Shown: one piece after another, positions 20,556-30,719 of the stretch
Layout: each line of letters starts with the position of its first letter
Numbering within the stretch: position 1 is the first letter of the stretch
Source of the DNA: an uncultured Acidobacteriaceae bacterium
Lineage (GTDB): Bacteria > Acidobacteriota > Terriglobia > Terriglobales > Acidobacteriaceae
DNA length: 64,000 nt
Direction: 5' to 3'
NCBI GenBank assembly: GCA_963720135.1
Contig: CAVREJ010000028.1
Span: forward strand, 38,680 to 102,679
Notes under the pieces: generated by a model
What the model saw: only the letters and a program-made list of their open reading frames with translations
Told to the model about the DNA's origin: nothing
Database searches by the model: none
Program-made: the position numbers and the translations under genes

Positions 20556-22241
20556 TTAAGCCAGGACGGCCTGTTCCACTTCCTTCTTCACCCGGCTATA
20601 GATCACGTCGGCTACGTAATCCATGTCTGAAACCACGCCGGCTTGTGCGCGGTGGATGGCTGACAATCCCAAGTCCGCTTCAAACCCAGCCATCTCCGCG
20701 TCGCTGACACCACCGGCTCCGGTCACCCAACGCAAGCCCTCTTCGCTTACCTTGAGGGCTGCCTCGCGCGCGAAGATCCGACTGATGGCCGCCAGCGCCG
20801 TCGGGTCGAAGCGGTCGTTGGCCTTCTCGTGCAGCCTGCCTTCGGCAGCCAGCGCAGCCCGGCGGGCCAGCGTGGCGGCGCATTCGGCATACGCAATCCA
20901 CTCACCAACGCGCAGCAGAATGTGTTGAAAGCGGGTGAGCCGATGAATGCGCGCCTTCTCCATCACCTCAGCCAAGGCGTGCAGCGCCAGGGCTGCTACA
21001 TCGGCGCCGACGTTGGGATGTGCGGCATGCAGCGCCTCGACCTCGCGCGCGCGATCATGATAGTGCTGTCCGCGCGTCTTCAGGTGGAGCTGCCAGCGGT
21101 CGCGGCTGATCGTCATCTCCATGATCTCCGAAGTACCTTCGTAGATGCGGGTGATGCGCACGTCGCGGCTCACCTTCTCCACCATGTACTCGTGGGTATA
21201 GCCGTAGCCGCCCAGCGCCTGAATGCTGGCGTCGGCGGCGGCATCGCCGGCTTCGGTGGACATGTACTTGGCGATGGCGCCTTCGGTGTTGAGGCTTCCC
21301 TCGTTGCCGGCGTCGATGCGTTGCGCCGTCTCTTCTATAAAGGCGCGTCCGGCTTCCAGCTTCACCACGTTGGGCACGATGAGCTTGTGGGTATAGCCTT
21401 GCTTCTCCGACAGCGGCGTGCCGCCCTGGATTCGCTTGGTGGAATAGGGGATGGCGCGGTCCAGCGCGGACCAACCGGCGCCCAGCCCGAAGGCCGCGAC
21501 CATCACCCGCGTGTAACCGAAGACCAGCTGGGCCTGGATGAGTCCCTGGCCTTCTACGCCACCGACCAGCCGGTCGGCATCGACGTAAACGTCGTTGAGG
21601 GCCAGCGCTGCCGTGTTGCTCAGACGAATGCCGTGCTTGTCCTCAGGCTTATCGTGAGCAAAACCCTTGGTACCCGCGTCCACGATGAACCAGCTTGGCC
21701 CAGCGGGGGTATTGGCCAGGATGGTGCAATAGTCGGCAATTCCGCCGTTGCTGATCCACTGCTTGCTGCCGTTGATCTTGTACCCGACGATCTTGCCGTC
21801 TTTTTCGACGCGATCGGCGGTCGTCTTCAGCGCGCCCAGGTCGCTGCCCGCTTCCGGTTCGGTCGCGCCGTAGGCGAACAGAACGCCTTCGTCGGCGATC
21901 TTGCCCAGCCACTTCTTTTTCTGCTCTTCAGTGGCGCCGAACGTTATGGGATCGCTGCCCAGGAATGTGGCGAACAGCGAGGTGGCGACGCCCAGGTCGA
22001 TGCGCGCCATCTGCTCGCAGATGAGATAGACGTCCATGGTGCTGCCGCCCATGCCGCCGTACTCTTCCGGAATGAACAACAGCTGAATGCCCAATTTGTC
22101 TGGGTCAGACATTTGCCGAACAATCTCCACGGGGCATTCATCGCGTTCATCCAGTGCGATCAGCTCTTCATCAGGCAGGCGCTTCTTCGCGAAGTCCCGG
22201 AGCGATTTCAAACTTAGCTGCAATGTCTTCTTGGTGATCAT
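20556..22241 (-). CDS. Acyl-CoA dehydrogenase with C-terminal helical extension
   Basis: ACAD blocks: [25 protein letters not shown]. About 180 extra C-terminal residues. I moved the start to ATG 22241 (MITKKTL), which follows an AGAGAGG SD and removes the overlap with etfA. Confidence 0.85.
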   Translation of the reverse strand: MITKKTLQLSLKSLRDFAKKRLPDEELIALDERDECPVEIVRQMSDPDKLGIQLLFIPEEYGGMGGSTMDVYLICEQMARIDLGVATSLFATFLGSDPITFGATEEQKKKWLGKIADEGVLFAYGATEPEAGSDLGALKTTADRVEKDGKIVGYKINGSKQWISNGGIADYCTILANTPAGPSWFIVDAGTKGFAHDKPEDKHGIRLSNTAALALNDVYVDADRLVGGVEGQGLIQAQLVFGYTRVMVAAFGLGAGWSALDRAIPYSTKRIQGGTPLSEKQGYTHKLIVPNVVKLEAGRAFIEETAQRIDAGNEGSLNTEGAIAKYMSTEAGDAAADASIQALGGYGYTHEYMVEKVSRDVRITRIYEGTSEIMEMTISRDRWQLHLKTRGQHYHDRAREVEALHAAHPNVGADVAALALHALAEVMEKARIHRLTRFQHILLRVGEWIAYAECAATLARRAALAAEGRLHEKANDRFDPTALAAISRIFAREAALKVSEEGLRWVTGAGGVSDAEMAGFEADLGLSAIHRAQAGVVSDMDYVADVIYSRVKKEVEQAVLA

Positions 22242-22263
22242 TGTCGGTGCCTCTCTTTGTCTC

Positions 22264-23247
22264 TTAGACCGAAACCGGTTTCGTTTCACGGACCTTGCTG
22301 GTCAACTCCGGCAAGAACTCCAGGATGTCGTCCACAATTCCGATGTCTGCAACCTGAAAGATCGGAGCCTTCGGATTCTTGTTGATCGCGACGATGAAGG
22401 GATTGCCTTTCAGGCCGGCCAGATGTTGGAAGGATCCGCTGATGCCACATGCCATGTAAACCTTGGGCTTGACCGTCTTCCCGGACGAGCCCACCTGGCG
22501 TGATTTCGGCAGCCACTTGGCATCGACCACCGGCCGCGAGCAGCTCACCGCCGCGCCCAAGGTCTCGGCCAACTCCTCAGCGATAGCGATGTTGTCTTTT
22601 TCCTGGATGCCACGGCCGACCGAAACGAGGACAGCGTGCTTGGTGATGTCCACATCGCCTGCCTCGGCAACGATCGTCTCGAGATAACGTCGGCCAGATG
22701 TCAGAGCGCCAACGTCCGCCGACTTGTCAACGACGACACCGTTGATGGGAGCGCCTTCCTGCGGTTTGAATGCGCCCGGACGCAGATTAAGGACTGCTCC
22801 GGCTGATGCATCGCACCGGACATGAGCGCTCACCTGTCCGCCGAACTCTTGCCGGACGAGCTTGAGCGTAGCACCGTCAACCCCGTCAATGCCGATTACA
22901 TCGGGCACATATGCCGCATTCATCTTGATGGCCAGACCCGGTGACAGGTCGATTCCAAAGTGTGAGTGAGAGACCAGCACAATGCCACCGTGTGGCAGGA
23001 CTTTCAGCAAAGCTTTTCTCACCAGCTCAGCATTGGGGTAAGCAAGTGCCTGGTTCGCGATCTTCCACACTTCTGCGTATGAGCCACCCAGGGTTTCGCA
23101 AACGGCGTCAAGCTCCGCGCCCCAACCGGTGACTACCGCGACCGGCGAGGCGGCCGCGTCGATCTTTTTCGCAGCGGCTAGGAGTTCGGCCGCTGAATCG
23201 TCGGCAATGCCGCCCTTATGTGCGATGTAGGCGAAGATGCGTGCCAT
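22264..23247 (-). CDS. etfA: Electron transfer flavoprotein alpha subunit
   Basis: 327 aa. The C-terminal FAD-binding block [27 protein letters not shown]...[13 protein letters not shown] is typical of EtfA. Its ATG overlaps the etfB stop (TAATG at 23245-23249). Confidence 0.9.
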   Translation of the reverse strand: MARIFAYIAHKGGIADDSAAELLAAAKKIDAAASPVAVVTGWGAELDAVCETLGGSYAEVWKIANQALAYPNAELVRKALLKVLPHGGIVLVSHSHFGIDLSPGLAIKMNAAYVPDVIGIDGVDGATLKLVRQEFGGQVSAHVRCDASAGAVLNLRPGAFKPQEGAPINGVVVDKSADVGALTSGRRYLETIVAEAGDVDITKHAVLVSVGRGIQEKDNIAIAEELAETLGAAVSCSRPVVDAKWLPKSRQVGSSGKTVKPKVYMACGISGSFQHLAGLKGNPFIVAINKNPKAPIFQVADIGIVDDILEFLPELTSKVRETKPVSV

Positions 23248-24035
23248 TAGTTCAAGCCTCCTTTGGCCTTCATTAACTCAATCAGTTTGGCGATGACTTC
23301 TTCCCGGTCGCCTTTGAGCATCTCGGCGCCCTTGCCGAGCGCTGCCACGAAGTAGTCCACCCGTTTGACCTTCGCTCCGGCATTCCCGACTGCACTTGCA
23401 TCTACACCGAGGTCGGAGGCGCTGAAGGTCGGAACATCTACCGCCGCGACCTGCCGAATGCCTCGCATCCCGACGTAACGCGGCTCATTAATGCCGGTCT
23501 GAATTGAGAGCACGCAGGGGAGATCGATCTCGTTCATCTCCTTGTTCCCGCCTTCGATCTCGCGGCTCACCTTCAGCTTGCCGCCGTCAACTGCAATGGA
23601 ATTCACCAGAGAAGCGAAGGGATAGTCGAGCAGGGCCGCCAGCATTCCACCTACTTGGGCGCCGCCGTCCTCGGCCTGGACTCCGGTCAGGATCAGGTCG
23701 TAATGGCCCTTCTGCACGAACGACTTCAAAACCGTCGCGATGCCCTCGCCGTCGGATCCCTCGAAGGCCTTGTCGGAGATCAACACGCCGCGATTGGCGC
23801 CCATGGCCATCTCTCGACGCAGTACTTCCTCATCCTCATCGCTGCCGACCGTAACCACCGTGACCGTGCCACCGGCCTTGGCGGTGATCTGCAGGGCCTC
23901 TTCGACGGCGTAGTTGTCGGGTTCGTTGATCGAATAGACCAGATCGTCACGTTCGATATCGTTCCCGGCGGTATTGAGTTGAATTTCGTTTTCCGACGTG
24001 TCAGGTACTCGTCGTACGCAAACTAGAATTTCCAC
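23247..24035 (-). CDS. etfB: Electron transfer flavoprotein beta subunit
   Basis: 262 aa. Starts MEILVCVRRVPD (GTG start), followed by the INEPDNYAVEEAL block typical of EtfB. Confidence 0.9.
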   Translation of the reverse strand: MEILVCVRRVPDTSENEIQLNTAGNDIERDDLVYSINEPDNYAVEEALQITAKAGGTVTVVTVGSDEDEEVLRREMAMGANRGVLISDKAFEGSDGEGIATVLKSFVQKGHYDLILTGVQAEDGGAQVGGMLAALLDYPFASLVNSIAVDGGKLKVSREIEGGNKEMNEIDLPCVLSIQTGINEPRYVGMRGIRQVAAVDVPTFSASDLGVDASAVGNAGAKVKRVDYFVAALGKGAEMLKGDREEVIAKLIELMKAKGGLN

Positions 24036-24141
24036 GTTAACTCTCCACGAATTGATGTGCTCCGTTTCACGATTGGTGTCGCCCAGCTAATACGGGTAGT
24101 GCGGCGCTTTAGCTGGATAGTCATCTGTTTTCGGCAGCTTT

Positions 24142-24166
24142 GAAGGGGCACGGCTTCAGCCGTGCC
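24142..24166. repeat. 25-nt hairpin-containing repeat, left copy
   Basis: GAAGGGGCACGGCTTCAGCCGTGCC. It contains an 8-bp self-complementary stem (GGCACGGC/GCCGTGCC) and is the exact reverse complement of 25308-25332. Confidence 0.8.
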
Positions 24167-24249
24167 ATAAACCCGCCGTCATTTTGGTGGCTTTAGCCTC
24201 TGAGGGGCCTCGGTGTTGAAACCAAGTGCGACCTCCCTCAGCGGCTAAA

Positions 24250-25278
24250 TGTGAAGTTTCAATAGGTTGTTGTCCATTCGGCCAAGAACTGGGAAGCTGA
24301 AGTTGCGAAGCAACAGCTACCGAGGGGACCGAATGGACTATCACCATCATGCTCGACTTACGATTCATCGTCGAGAGGAACTTGCCGAAACCGTGATCCA
24401 GGGCCGACTGAGCTTGAAGGAGGCCGCGGCCGAGTTCAAGCTCAGTCGGCAGAGTGCCGCCAAGTGGGTGCATCGCTTCCGTACTGAAACACAAGCCGGG
24501 TTGCGCGACCGCAGCTCGCGACCGCACCGCTCTCCCCGTGCTACTTCCCCAGAACTGATGGATCGCGTGCAGCGGCTGCGACGTGAGCGTTGGACAGGGG
24601 TTCGCATCGCCCAGTCCACCGGCCTGAGCCGGGCCACGGTGAGCCGCATCCTGACCCGGTTCAAGCTGAATAAGATCAGAATGCTGGAACCGGCCGTGCC
24701 TATCGTGCGCTACGAACTTCCCGCTCCTGGCGATCTGCTGCACATCGACATCAAGAAGCTGGCCCGCATTCACAAGCCCGGCCATCGCCTCACTGGCAAT
24801 CCCCAGGATGAAACTCGTGGCGCCGGCTGGGAGTTTCTTTATGTCGCCATCGATGACCACTCCCGCATCGCCTTCACCGCCCTGCTGCCCGATGAAAAAG
24901 CGACTTCCTCCAGCAGCTTCCTCCGCCAAGCCGCGGCCTACTTCGCCCACCTCGGCATCCAGGTCCGTCGCGTCATGACGGACAACGGCCCTTGCTTCTG
25001 CTCCACCCGGTTCGCACAAGCCTGCGACGATCTCCAACTCAGACACACCCGAACCCGCATCTACACCCCACGCACCAATGGCAAGGCCGAGCGCTTCATC
25101 CAAACTGCCATCCGTGAGTGGGCCTACGCCCGTCTCTACCAGAACTCTGCCGAACGCTTTCGTCACCTGGCTCCTTGGATTCACCAATACAACTGGCATC
25201 GACCCCACACCGCCCTCAACCAAAAACCACCCATCAGCCGATCCGGTCTCGATGTCAACAACCTCTTGACACACCACA
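24250..25278 (+). mobile_element. IS481-family insertion sequence (about 1.03 kb)
   Basis: Imperfect terminal inverted repeats: TGTGAAGTTTCAATAGGTTGTTG (24250-24272) versus CAACAACCTCTTGACACACCACA (25256-25278), 19/23 complementary, with TGT...ACA ends. Flanked by the direct repeat GCTAAA (24244-24249 and 25279-25284). Contains a single DDE transposase ORF. Confidence 0.85.
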
Positions 25279-25283
25279 GCTAA
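24333..25283 (+). CDS. IS481-family DDE transposase
   Basis: Starts MDYHHHARLT. N-terminal HTH region, DDE/rve core (LLHIDIKKL..., FLYVAIDDHSR, TDNGPCF, TPRTNGKAERF), and the HRPHTAL tail typical of IS481 transposases. The stop codon TAA is supplied by the flanking duplication. Confidence 0.9.
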   Translation: MDYHHHARLTIHRREELAETVIQGRLSLKEAAAEFKLSRQSAAKWVHRFRTETQAGLRDRSSRPHRSPRATSPELMDRVQRLRRERWTGVRIAQSTGLSRATVSRILTRFKLNKIRMLEPAVPIVRYELPAPGDLLHIDIKKLARIHKPGHRLTGNPQDETRGAGWEFLYVAIDDHSRIAFTALLPDEKATSSSSFLRQAAAYFAHLGIQVRRVMTDNGPCFCSTRFAQACDDLQLRHTRTRIYTPRTNGKAERFIQTAIREWAYARLYQNSAERFRHLAPWIHQYNWHRPHTALNQKPPISRSGLDVNNLLTHHS

Positions 25284-25307
25284 AGCCTAACTCTTCACAC
25301 TCATAAC

Positions 25308-25332
25308 GGCACGGCTGAAGCCGTGCCCCTTC
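25308..25332. repeat. 25-nt hairpin-containing repeat, right copy (inverted)
   Basis: GGCACGGCTGAAGCCGTGCCCCTTC is the exact reverse complement of 24142-24166. The two copies bracket the IS481 insertion site. Confidence 0.8.
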
Positions 25333-25388
25333 AAGAGCGGTTGAAGCAATTTTTCTTCCTGCGTCTGCCTTCGACCTGAAGGCCAGCA

Positions 25389-27529
25389 CTACCCGCACAT
25401 AACCGCAGACTCTATTTGCCCGGCCGGGAGGCCGATCTCCTTCGGTCTTTCCCGCACGAGCTGTTTGTCCACGAGTTCCGCTAAGTCAATGGCGGTCATC
25501 TTGCCTTCCATGCCCGCAACTTTGATCGCATCCTCAATGTTCGCCATGCAGAACGGGCACGCAGTCACAATCACGTTGGCCCCCGCTTCGGCGGCCATCA
25601 GCACTCTCTTCACGCCCATCCTCTCGTCTTCCTTCGGCTCATAGAACAGCATCAGCCCGCCACCGCCGCAACAGAAGGACCGATCGCGGCAGCGGCTCAT
25701 CTCGACCCTCTTTAAACCAGGAATCGCATCCAGCACATCGCGAGGATCGTCGTAAACCTGATTGTGCCGTCCGAGATAGCAGGGGTCGTGATAGGCGTAA
25801 ACGTCGGCGGCATTTTCTACAGGATCGAGCTTGAGGTTGCCCGATTTCACTTCCCGGCAAATGACCTGGCTGATGTGCTCGACCGGCGGCATATCTTTGT
25901 AGTCGTGCTTCAGCGCGTTGTAGGCGTGCGGATCGGCGGTTACAATCCGCTGGACTCCAGATGCCTTGATGGCCTCGACGTTTTGATCGCGCAGGGCAAG
26001 TGAAAAGCATCTCTTCGCCAAAACGCCGGGCTTCATGTCCGCTGTCTTTTTCCGCCGACCCCAGAATTCCGAAATTCACTCCTGCCGAATCGAGAATCCT
26101 CGCCGTGGCGCGTCCAATCGATTGCATGCGGTCATCGTACGAGGTGATGCTGTCGACGAAATACAAAGTGTCTGCGCTGCTCTTCCCGTCCAACGTTTTC
26201 ACGTTGCAAGTGGGGCGAAGAGTCCTTGGCCTTTGTCCACTCAGCCCGCTTCTTCTCCATCTTGCCGTAGGGATTGCCGCGGCTCTCGAGCGCCTTCAGC
26301 GGCTTCTGCAGGGACTGCGGCACGTTCCCGTCGTCGATCATGCCCCGCCGCAAATCGACGATCTTGTCGATGTACTGGATCAGCAACGGGCATTCCTCTT
26401 CGCAGGCGCCGCAGGTGGTGCAAGACCAGATTTCATCGTCCGAATAAATTCCGCCGATGACTGGTACGCCGTTGCCTGTCGTGCCGAACATCGGATAATG
26501 CTGGAAGGCATAGTCTCTTGCCTTGGTCGTGAGGAACCTTGGCGACAGCGGCCGTCCTACCGCATTGGCCGGGCATTGGTCCGAGCAACGCCCGCAGTCG
26601 GCGCAGGAATAGAAATCCAGCATGTGCTTCCAGGTGAAGTCTTCAAATGTCTTCACGCCGAAAGATTTCACCTGGTCCAGGTGCTCGTCGGCGACTCCCA
26701 GTCTCACCGGTTTTAGCGTTCCACGGTCCAACTTCGCAAAATAAACATTGAACAGAGAAGTCTCGACGTGGAACTGAATTCCGAAGGGCCGGTAGCAGAG
26801 CAAAAAGTAAAAGGTCAGAACATCGACAAAGTAGGCGCTGAGATTGAGACTCTGAAGCGTGGTCAGCGGCGTGGTAGCGAGAACACTCTTAAACAGCCAC
26901 GGCAGCGATAGCGCGGCCAGAAATTCAGCTGGCCGACCTTGCTGTGTCTGATACGCCGCTTTGCTGGCCTCAAAGAGGCTCTCAGTCGCCATTAGCAGCG
27001 CAATCAGACCAAGGAGGAAGATGGCGTCGACGGGGTGACCTTTACCATATCTGGCAGGCACCGCGTAGCGCGCCGGCTTGAAGACGATGCGGCGAACAGC
27101 AGCGACGATCATGCAAAGGAAGACGATCGTCGCAGCGTAGTCCTTGACGATGTCGTAGATATGACCTGTTTCCCCTGAGGACCCCGGCAAAACAAAGTTC
27201 GGGGAAACACCGAGGATCAACAGAGAGAAAGCTTGAGTCGCAAGGATAAGGAAGCCTGCAAAGAAGAGGATATGCATGACCCCGGCGGTCGGGTAGCGTG
27301 GATGCTTCCACTGCCCCAGCCAATATTGCAATACCCTTTCCAATCGGACAAAAGGCCGATCGAAGCGCCAATCGCGTTCACCCCGGATGAGCGGCGTCAG
27401 CCGCTTCGACACGATATAGGAGAAGCACGCCAGTCCCAGAAGATTAAGGATTATGAAAAGGGTTCGCCCGGTTACCCACCAGTATGTAACTTGCGCGGGG
27501 GACTGGATGCCTTCCACCATGATGCTCAA
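25389..27529 (-). pseudogene. Membrane-bound Fe-S oxidoreductase (TM cytochrome-b-like domain + 2x[4Fe-4S] + CCG domains; HdrD/DsrK/GlpC-like, ETF-associated type), two apparent frameshifts
   Basis: Three colinear same-strand ORFs.
- 27529-26132: TM helices, CADCGRCSDQCP, CTTCGACEEECP.
- 26202-25639, useful part only: TLDGKSSADTLYFVDSITSYDD...GEEMLF.
- 26036-25389: DPCYLGR, SFCCGGGG, ACPFC.
The frame changes near 26205-26225 and 25995-26010. Confidence 0.75.
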
Positions 27530-27988
27530 CCTCTCCTACGGAGCGAGGTGTCGATTACTCCCGCAAATGTTATTCAGAGGGCGACGCAAGAAGCGGCTGC
27601 TGGACGCGCAGGACGAGAACACCAAATTGCAGCACTTGCTTTCGCCCTCGCAACAATCGAGGAGTAGCTCAGGTTTGGTGTTCTGGCCTGAGTACCCGGG
27701 AGTACGCCTCAGTTTGAAGGGAATGCGGACATATGTCTGTGATGCGAAGTATTGTGCGACTGTGACGTGGGATACGTCCTAGAGTGATGGCGATCGAATG
27801 CACCGTGCGGCCAATCATTAGGTGCGAAAAACTCTCGCGATTTGTCGTCCTAAGGGACGAGTCCGGTCGGCCTGGCAACCGTCCGAGGAGTCGGAGGCCC
27901 ATCCACACATTCTTCCTTTGGTCCGGAATTCATGAGTGGTGTTCCGGCCCGCAGTCTCCGGAAGAATGAGGATTAGAATACAAGGGCA

Positions 27989-29891
27989 TTGCCACCTCCG
28001 CTCTCAACGCTGCAGAAGCTTCCTAAGCCCGCGGGCGGTCGCGCGCCCACGTGGCAAGGGCGTTTTCGCGCTCTGCGTTCCATTCCCGCTTTTCTCCGCC
28101 TGGTCTGGGAGACGCATCGTGGCTATGCCGTTGCCACAGTCGCGCTGCGGTTGCTACGCGCCGGCATTCCAGTCGCCACTCTCTGGGTCGCCAAACTGAT
28201 TATTGACACTGTCGTGTCGGCGCGCATGGGGCGGCCAAACATATCCCAGCTTTGGTTTCTGGTTGGCCTGGAGTTGCTGATTGTTTTCGCCGGCGAGGTG
28301 CTGGATAAAGCTTCCACCGCGGTGGAAGGGTTATTTGGCGACCTTTGCTCCCATCACATGAGTGAAAAGCTCATTAGTCATGCTGCAAAACTCGATTTAT
28401 GCCATTTTGAAGATCCCGCATTTTATGATCAACTGGAGCGCGCGCAGCGCCAGACCACGGGACGAATAGGTCTGCTTACACAATTGTTGTCGGTTGGACA
28501 GGACTTTGTGACCCTGGTTTCACTGGCCACGGCGATCTTTGTTTATGGACCGTGGCTGCTTGCTCTGCTGGTTGTGGCGGTGCTTCCGGGATTTTTTGGC
28601 GAGGCCCACTTCAGCTCACTGGAGTATTCCCTGCTGCATCGCATGACGCCGGAACGCCGGCAGTTGGATTATCTGCAGTACGTCAGCGCCAGTGACAAGA
28701 CGGCCAAGGAAGTGCAGATGTTCGGCCTGGCCGGCTGGTTGGTCGGCCGTTATCGGTTGCTGGCGCGGCGATTTTATGAGGCGAATAAGCGCCTGGCCAT
28801 CCGCAAAGGCATTGCCGCTACAGCGCTTTCGTTGCTGGGAATTGCGGGATATTACGCGGCGTATGTAGTCATACTCTGGCGCGGATTTTACGGTGTCATC
28901 ACCATCGGCACGCTGACATTTCTGGCCGCATCATTTTCACGAAGTCGCGCCGTAACCGAACGAATGCTGCTGAGCGCCGGCAACATCTACGAGCAGTGCC
29001 TTTACATTCAGGACCTGCTCGATTTCTTTCGATGCAGCCAGCCATCGTCTCTCGCGGTCGATGCCCGCGCCGTTCCAGTACCTATTAGCCAAGGACTAGT
29101 TCTCGAGGACATAGGTTTTCAATATCCGGGCAGCAATACCTGGGCAGTGCGGCATGTGAACTTGCGCGTCGCACCGGGAGAGAAGATTGCTCTGGTGGGC
29201 GAGAATGGCGCGGGGAAAACTACTCTCACCAAGCTTCTGGCCCGACTCTACGATCCGACAGAGGGACGCATTTTGCTGGATGGAGTGGACTTGCGACAGT
29301 ATGATCTGGACTCCGTGCGCCACGCTTTCGGTGTGATCTTTCAGGATTTTGTTCATTACGATCTGACCCTCGACGAAAATATCGGGGTAGGTGAAATCGA
29401 GTCAGGTAAAGGACTATCTCGATCGGTTGGTGCAATCGGCTGATGGAGAAGACAGGTTCTCCAGTCATGCAGCCATTATGGCTGCCGCGAAAAAATCTCA
29501 GGCCCATTCATTGGTCACGCATTTTTCTCAGGGATACAGGCAGATGCTCGGCCGGCGATTTGAAGGTGGCATTGATCTTTCTGGCGGGGAATGGCAGAAG
29601 ATCGCGCTGGCCCGCGCTTACATTCGCAATTCGCAGATGATCATTTTGGACGAGCCAACGGCGGCGCTCGACGCGCGCGCCGAATACAAGGTTTTCAAGA
29701 GTTTTGCCGAGTTGGTTGCGGGACAGATGGTCGTGCTGATCTCGCACCGTTTTTCTACCGTTCGCATGGCCGACCGCATCGTGGTCTTGGAGAAGGGTGC
29801 CGTCCGGGAAGAAGGTACTCACGATCAGCTACTGTCGCAAAAGGGCCTTTATGCAGAACTGTTCCAGCTTCAAGCAGAAGGGTATCGCTGA
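27989..29891 (+). pseudogene. ABC transporter, fused permease/ATP-binding protein (exporter type), one apparent frameshift
   Basis: ORF 27989-29443 holds the six-TM domain plus Walker A GENGAGKTT. ORF 29391-29891 holds LSGGEWQK, Walker B MIILDEPTAALD and ISHRFST. The frames must join between 29391 and 29443. The start (TTG 27989) is uncertain. Confidence 0.75.
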
Positions 29892-29897
29892 GGAACC

Positions 29898-30668
29898 ATG
29901 GCTTCCACATTTGACGTTACCGCCGCCACCTTTGATCGTTACCGCGCTTTGCCCAAAGGCGTGGCGGAAGCGATTCTTGAAACCGTACGCGAAGCGGTGG
30001 GAGCACGATTGGCGGCGGGCGTGCTGGATTTAGGCGCGGGAACCGGGCGCATTGGCAAAGCGTTTGCCCAAACCAATGGTTGGTACGTAGGGCTTGATCT
30101 CTCTCTCCCAATGCTGCAGGAGTTTCGCGCGCAGGATGCCGCCGCGTGGCTGATTCAAGCCGATGGCCAGCACTTGCCGTTTCGCGATGGCACTTTTGGC
30201 CTGGTGCTTCTGATGCAAGTTTTAAGCGGCGCTCATGACTGGCAAAGCCTGCTTTGCGAGGTCGTGCGGGTATTAGCGCCCGCGGGCACGGTGGTAGTTG
30301 GGCACACAATAGCTCCCTCGACGGGGGTTGATGCGCAACTCAAACGCCAACTGGCTATTGTGCTTGAGCAGATGGGCGTTGCGTCGCATAGACGGAATAA
30401 GTCGCGTGAAAAAGCGCTGTCATGGCTGGAAGCACGTGCCGCCCGTCGGAGCCACGCGAGGGCAGCGTCTTGGATGGCAGAGCGAAGCCCGCGAGAATTC
30501 CTTAAGCGTCACCGCACGGGGGCGCGGTTTGCCGTATTGCCAGTTGGGGTGCAAGAGGAAGCGTTAACAAACCTCGCGGCTTGGGCGGAAGAACAGTTCG
30601 GCTCGCTGGATACAGTATTTTTGGAAGAGCACAGTTTTGAACTGGATATCTTTGACTTCTGTCGCTGA
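29898..30668 (+). CDS. Class I SAM-dependent methyltransferase
   Basis: 256 aa. Motif I VLDLGAGTGRIG, followed by a post-I acidic residue (GLDLS). Family-level call only. Confidence 0.7.
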   Translation: MASTFDVTAATFDRYRALPKGVAEAILETVREAVGARLAAGVLDLGAGTGRIGKAFAQTNGWYVGLDLSLPMLQEFRAQDAAAWLIQADGQHLPFRDGTFGLVLLMQVLSGAHDWQSLLCEVVRVLAPAGTVVVGHTIAPSTGVDAQLKRQLAIVLEQMGVASHRRNKSREKALSWLEARAARRSHARAASWMAERSPREFLKRHRTGARFAVLPVGVQEEALTNLAAWAEEQFGSLDTVFLEEHSFELDIFDFCR

Positions 30669-30719
30669 GTTCAGCAGCTAACGACGACATTCAACGTCTG
30701 GAGCATAAGGTTCCGAATC

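Noticed and set aside
20829-22217. 462-aa plus-strand ORF
   Set aside because: It is antisense to the acyl-CoA dehydrogenase gene and has no motifs of its own. The same reasoning applies to other long shadow ORFs:
- 330-950 (-)
- 8654-9403 (+)
- 15600-16172 (+)
- 26000-26716 (+)
- 35139-35831 (+)
- 35291-35923 (+)
- 44455-45138 (-)
- 47442-48173 (+)
- 59893-60504 (+)
- 60816-61388 (+)
24156-25277. 373-aa minus-strand ORF spanning the IS
   Set aside because: It is antisense to the clearly recognisable IS481 DDE transposase. It crosses the left IS boundary into flanking DNA, which a genuine IS gene would not do.
27669-27908. Minus-strand ORF with ..GRTVHSIAITLGRIPRHSRTILRI.. reminiscent of an IS21-type transposase HTH, and a plus-strand ..KRLLDAQDENTKLQHLL.. 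leucine-zipper-like stretch
   Set aside because: The similarity is only pattern-level over ~25 residues. There is no DDE domain, no inverted repeats and no flanking duplication. It may be an old IS scar, but I cannot support it.
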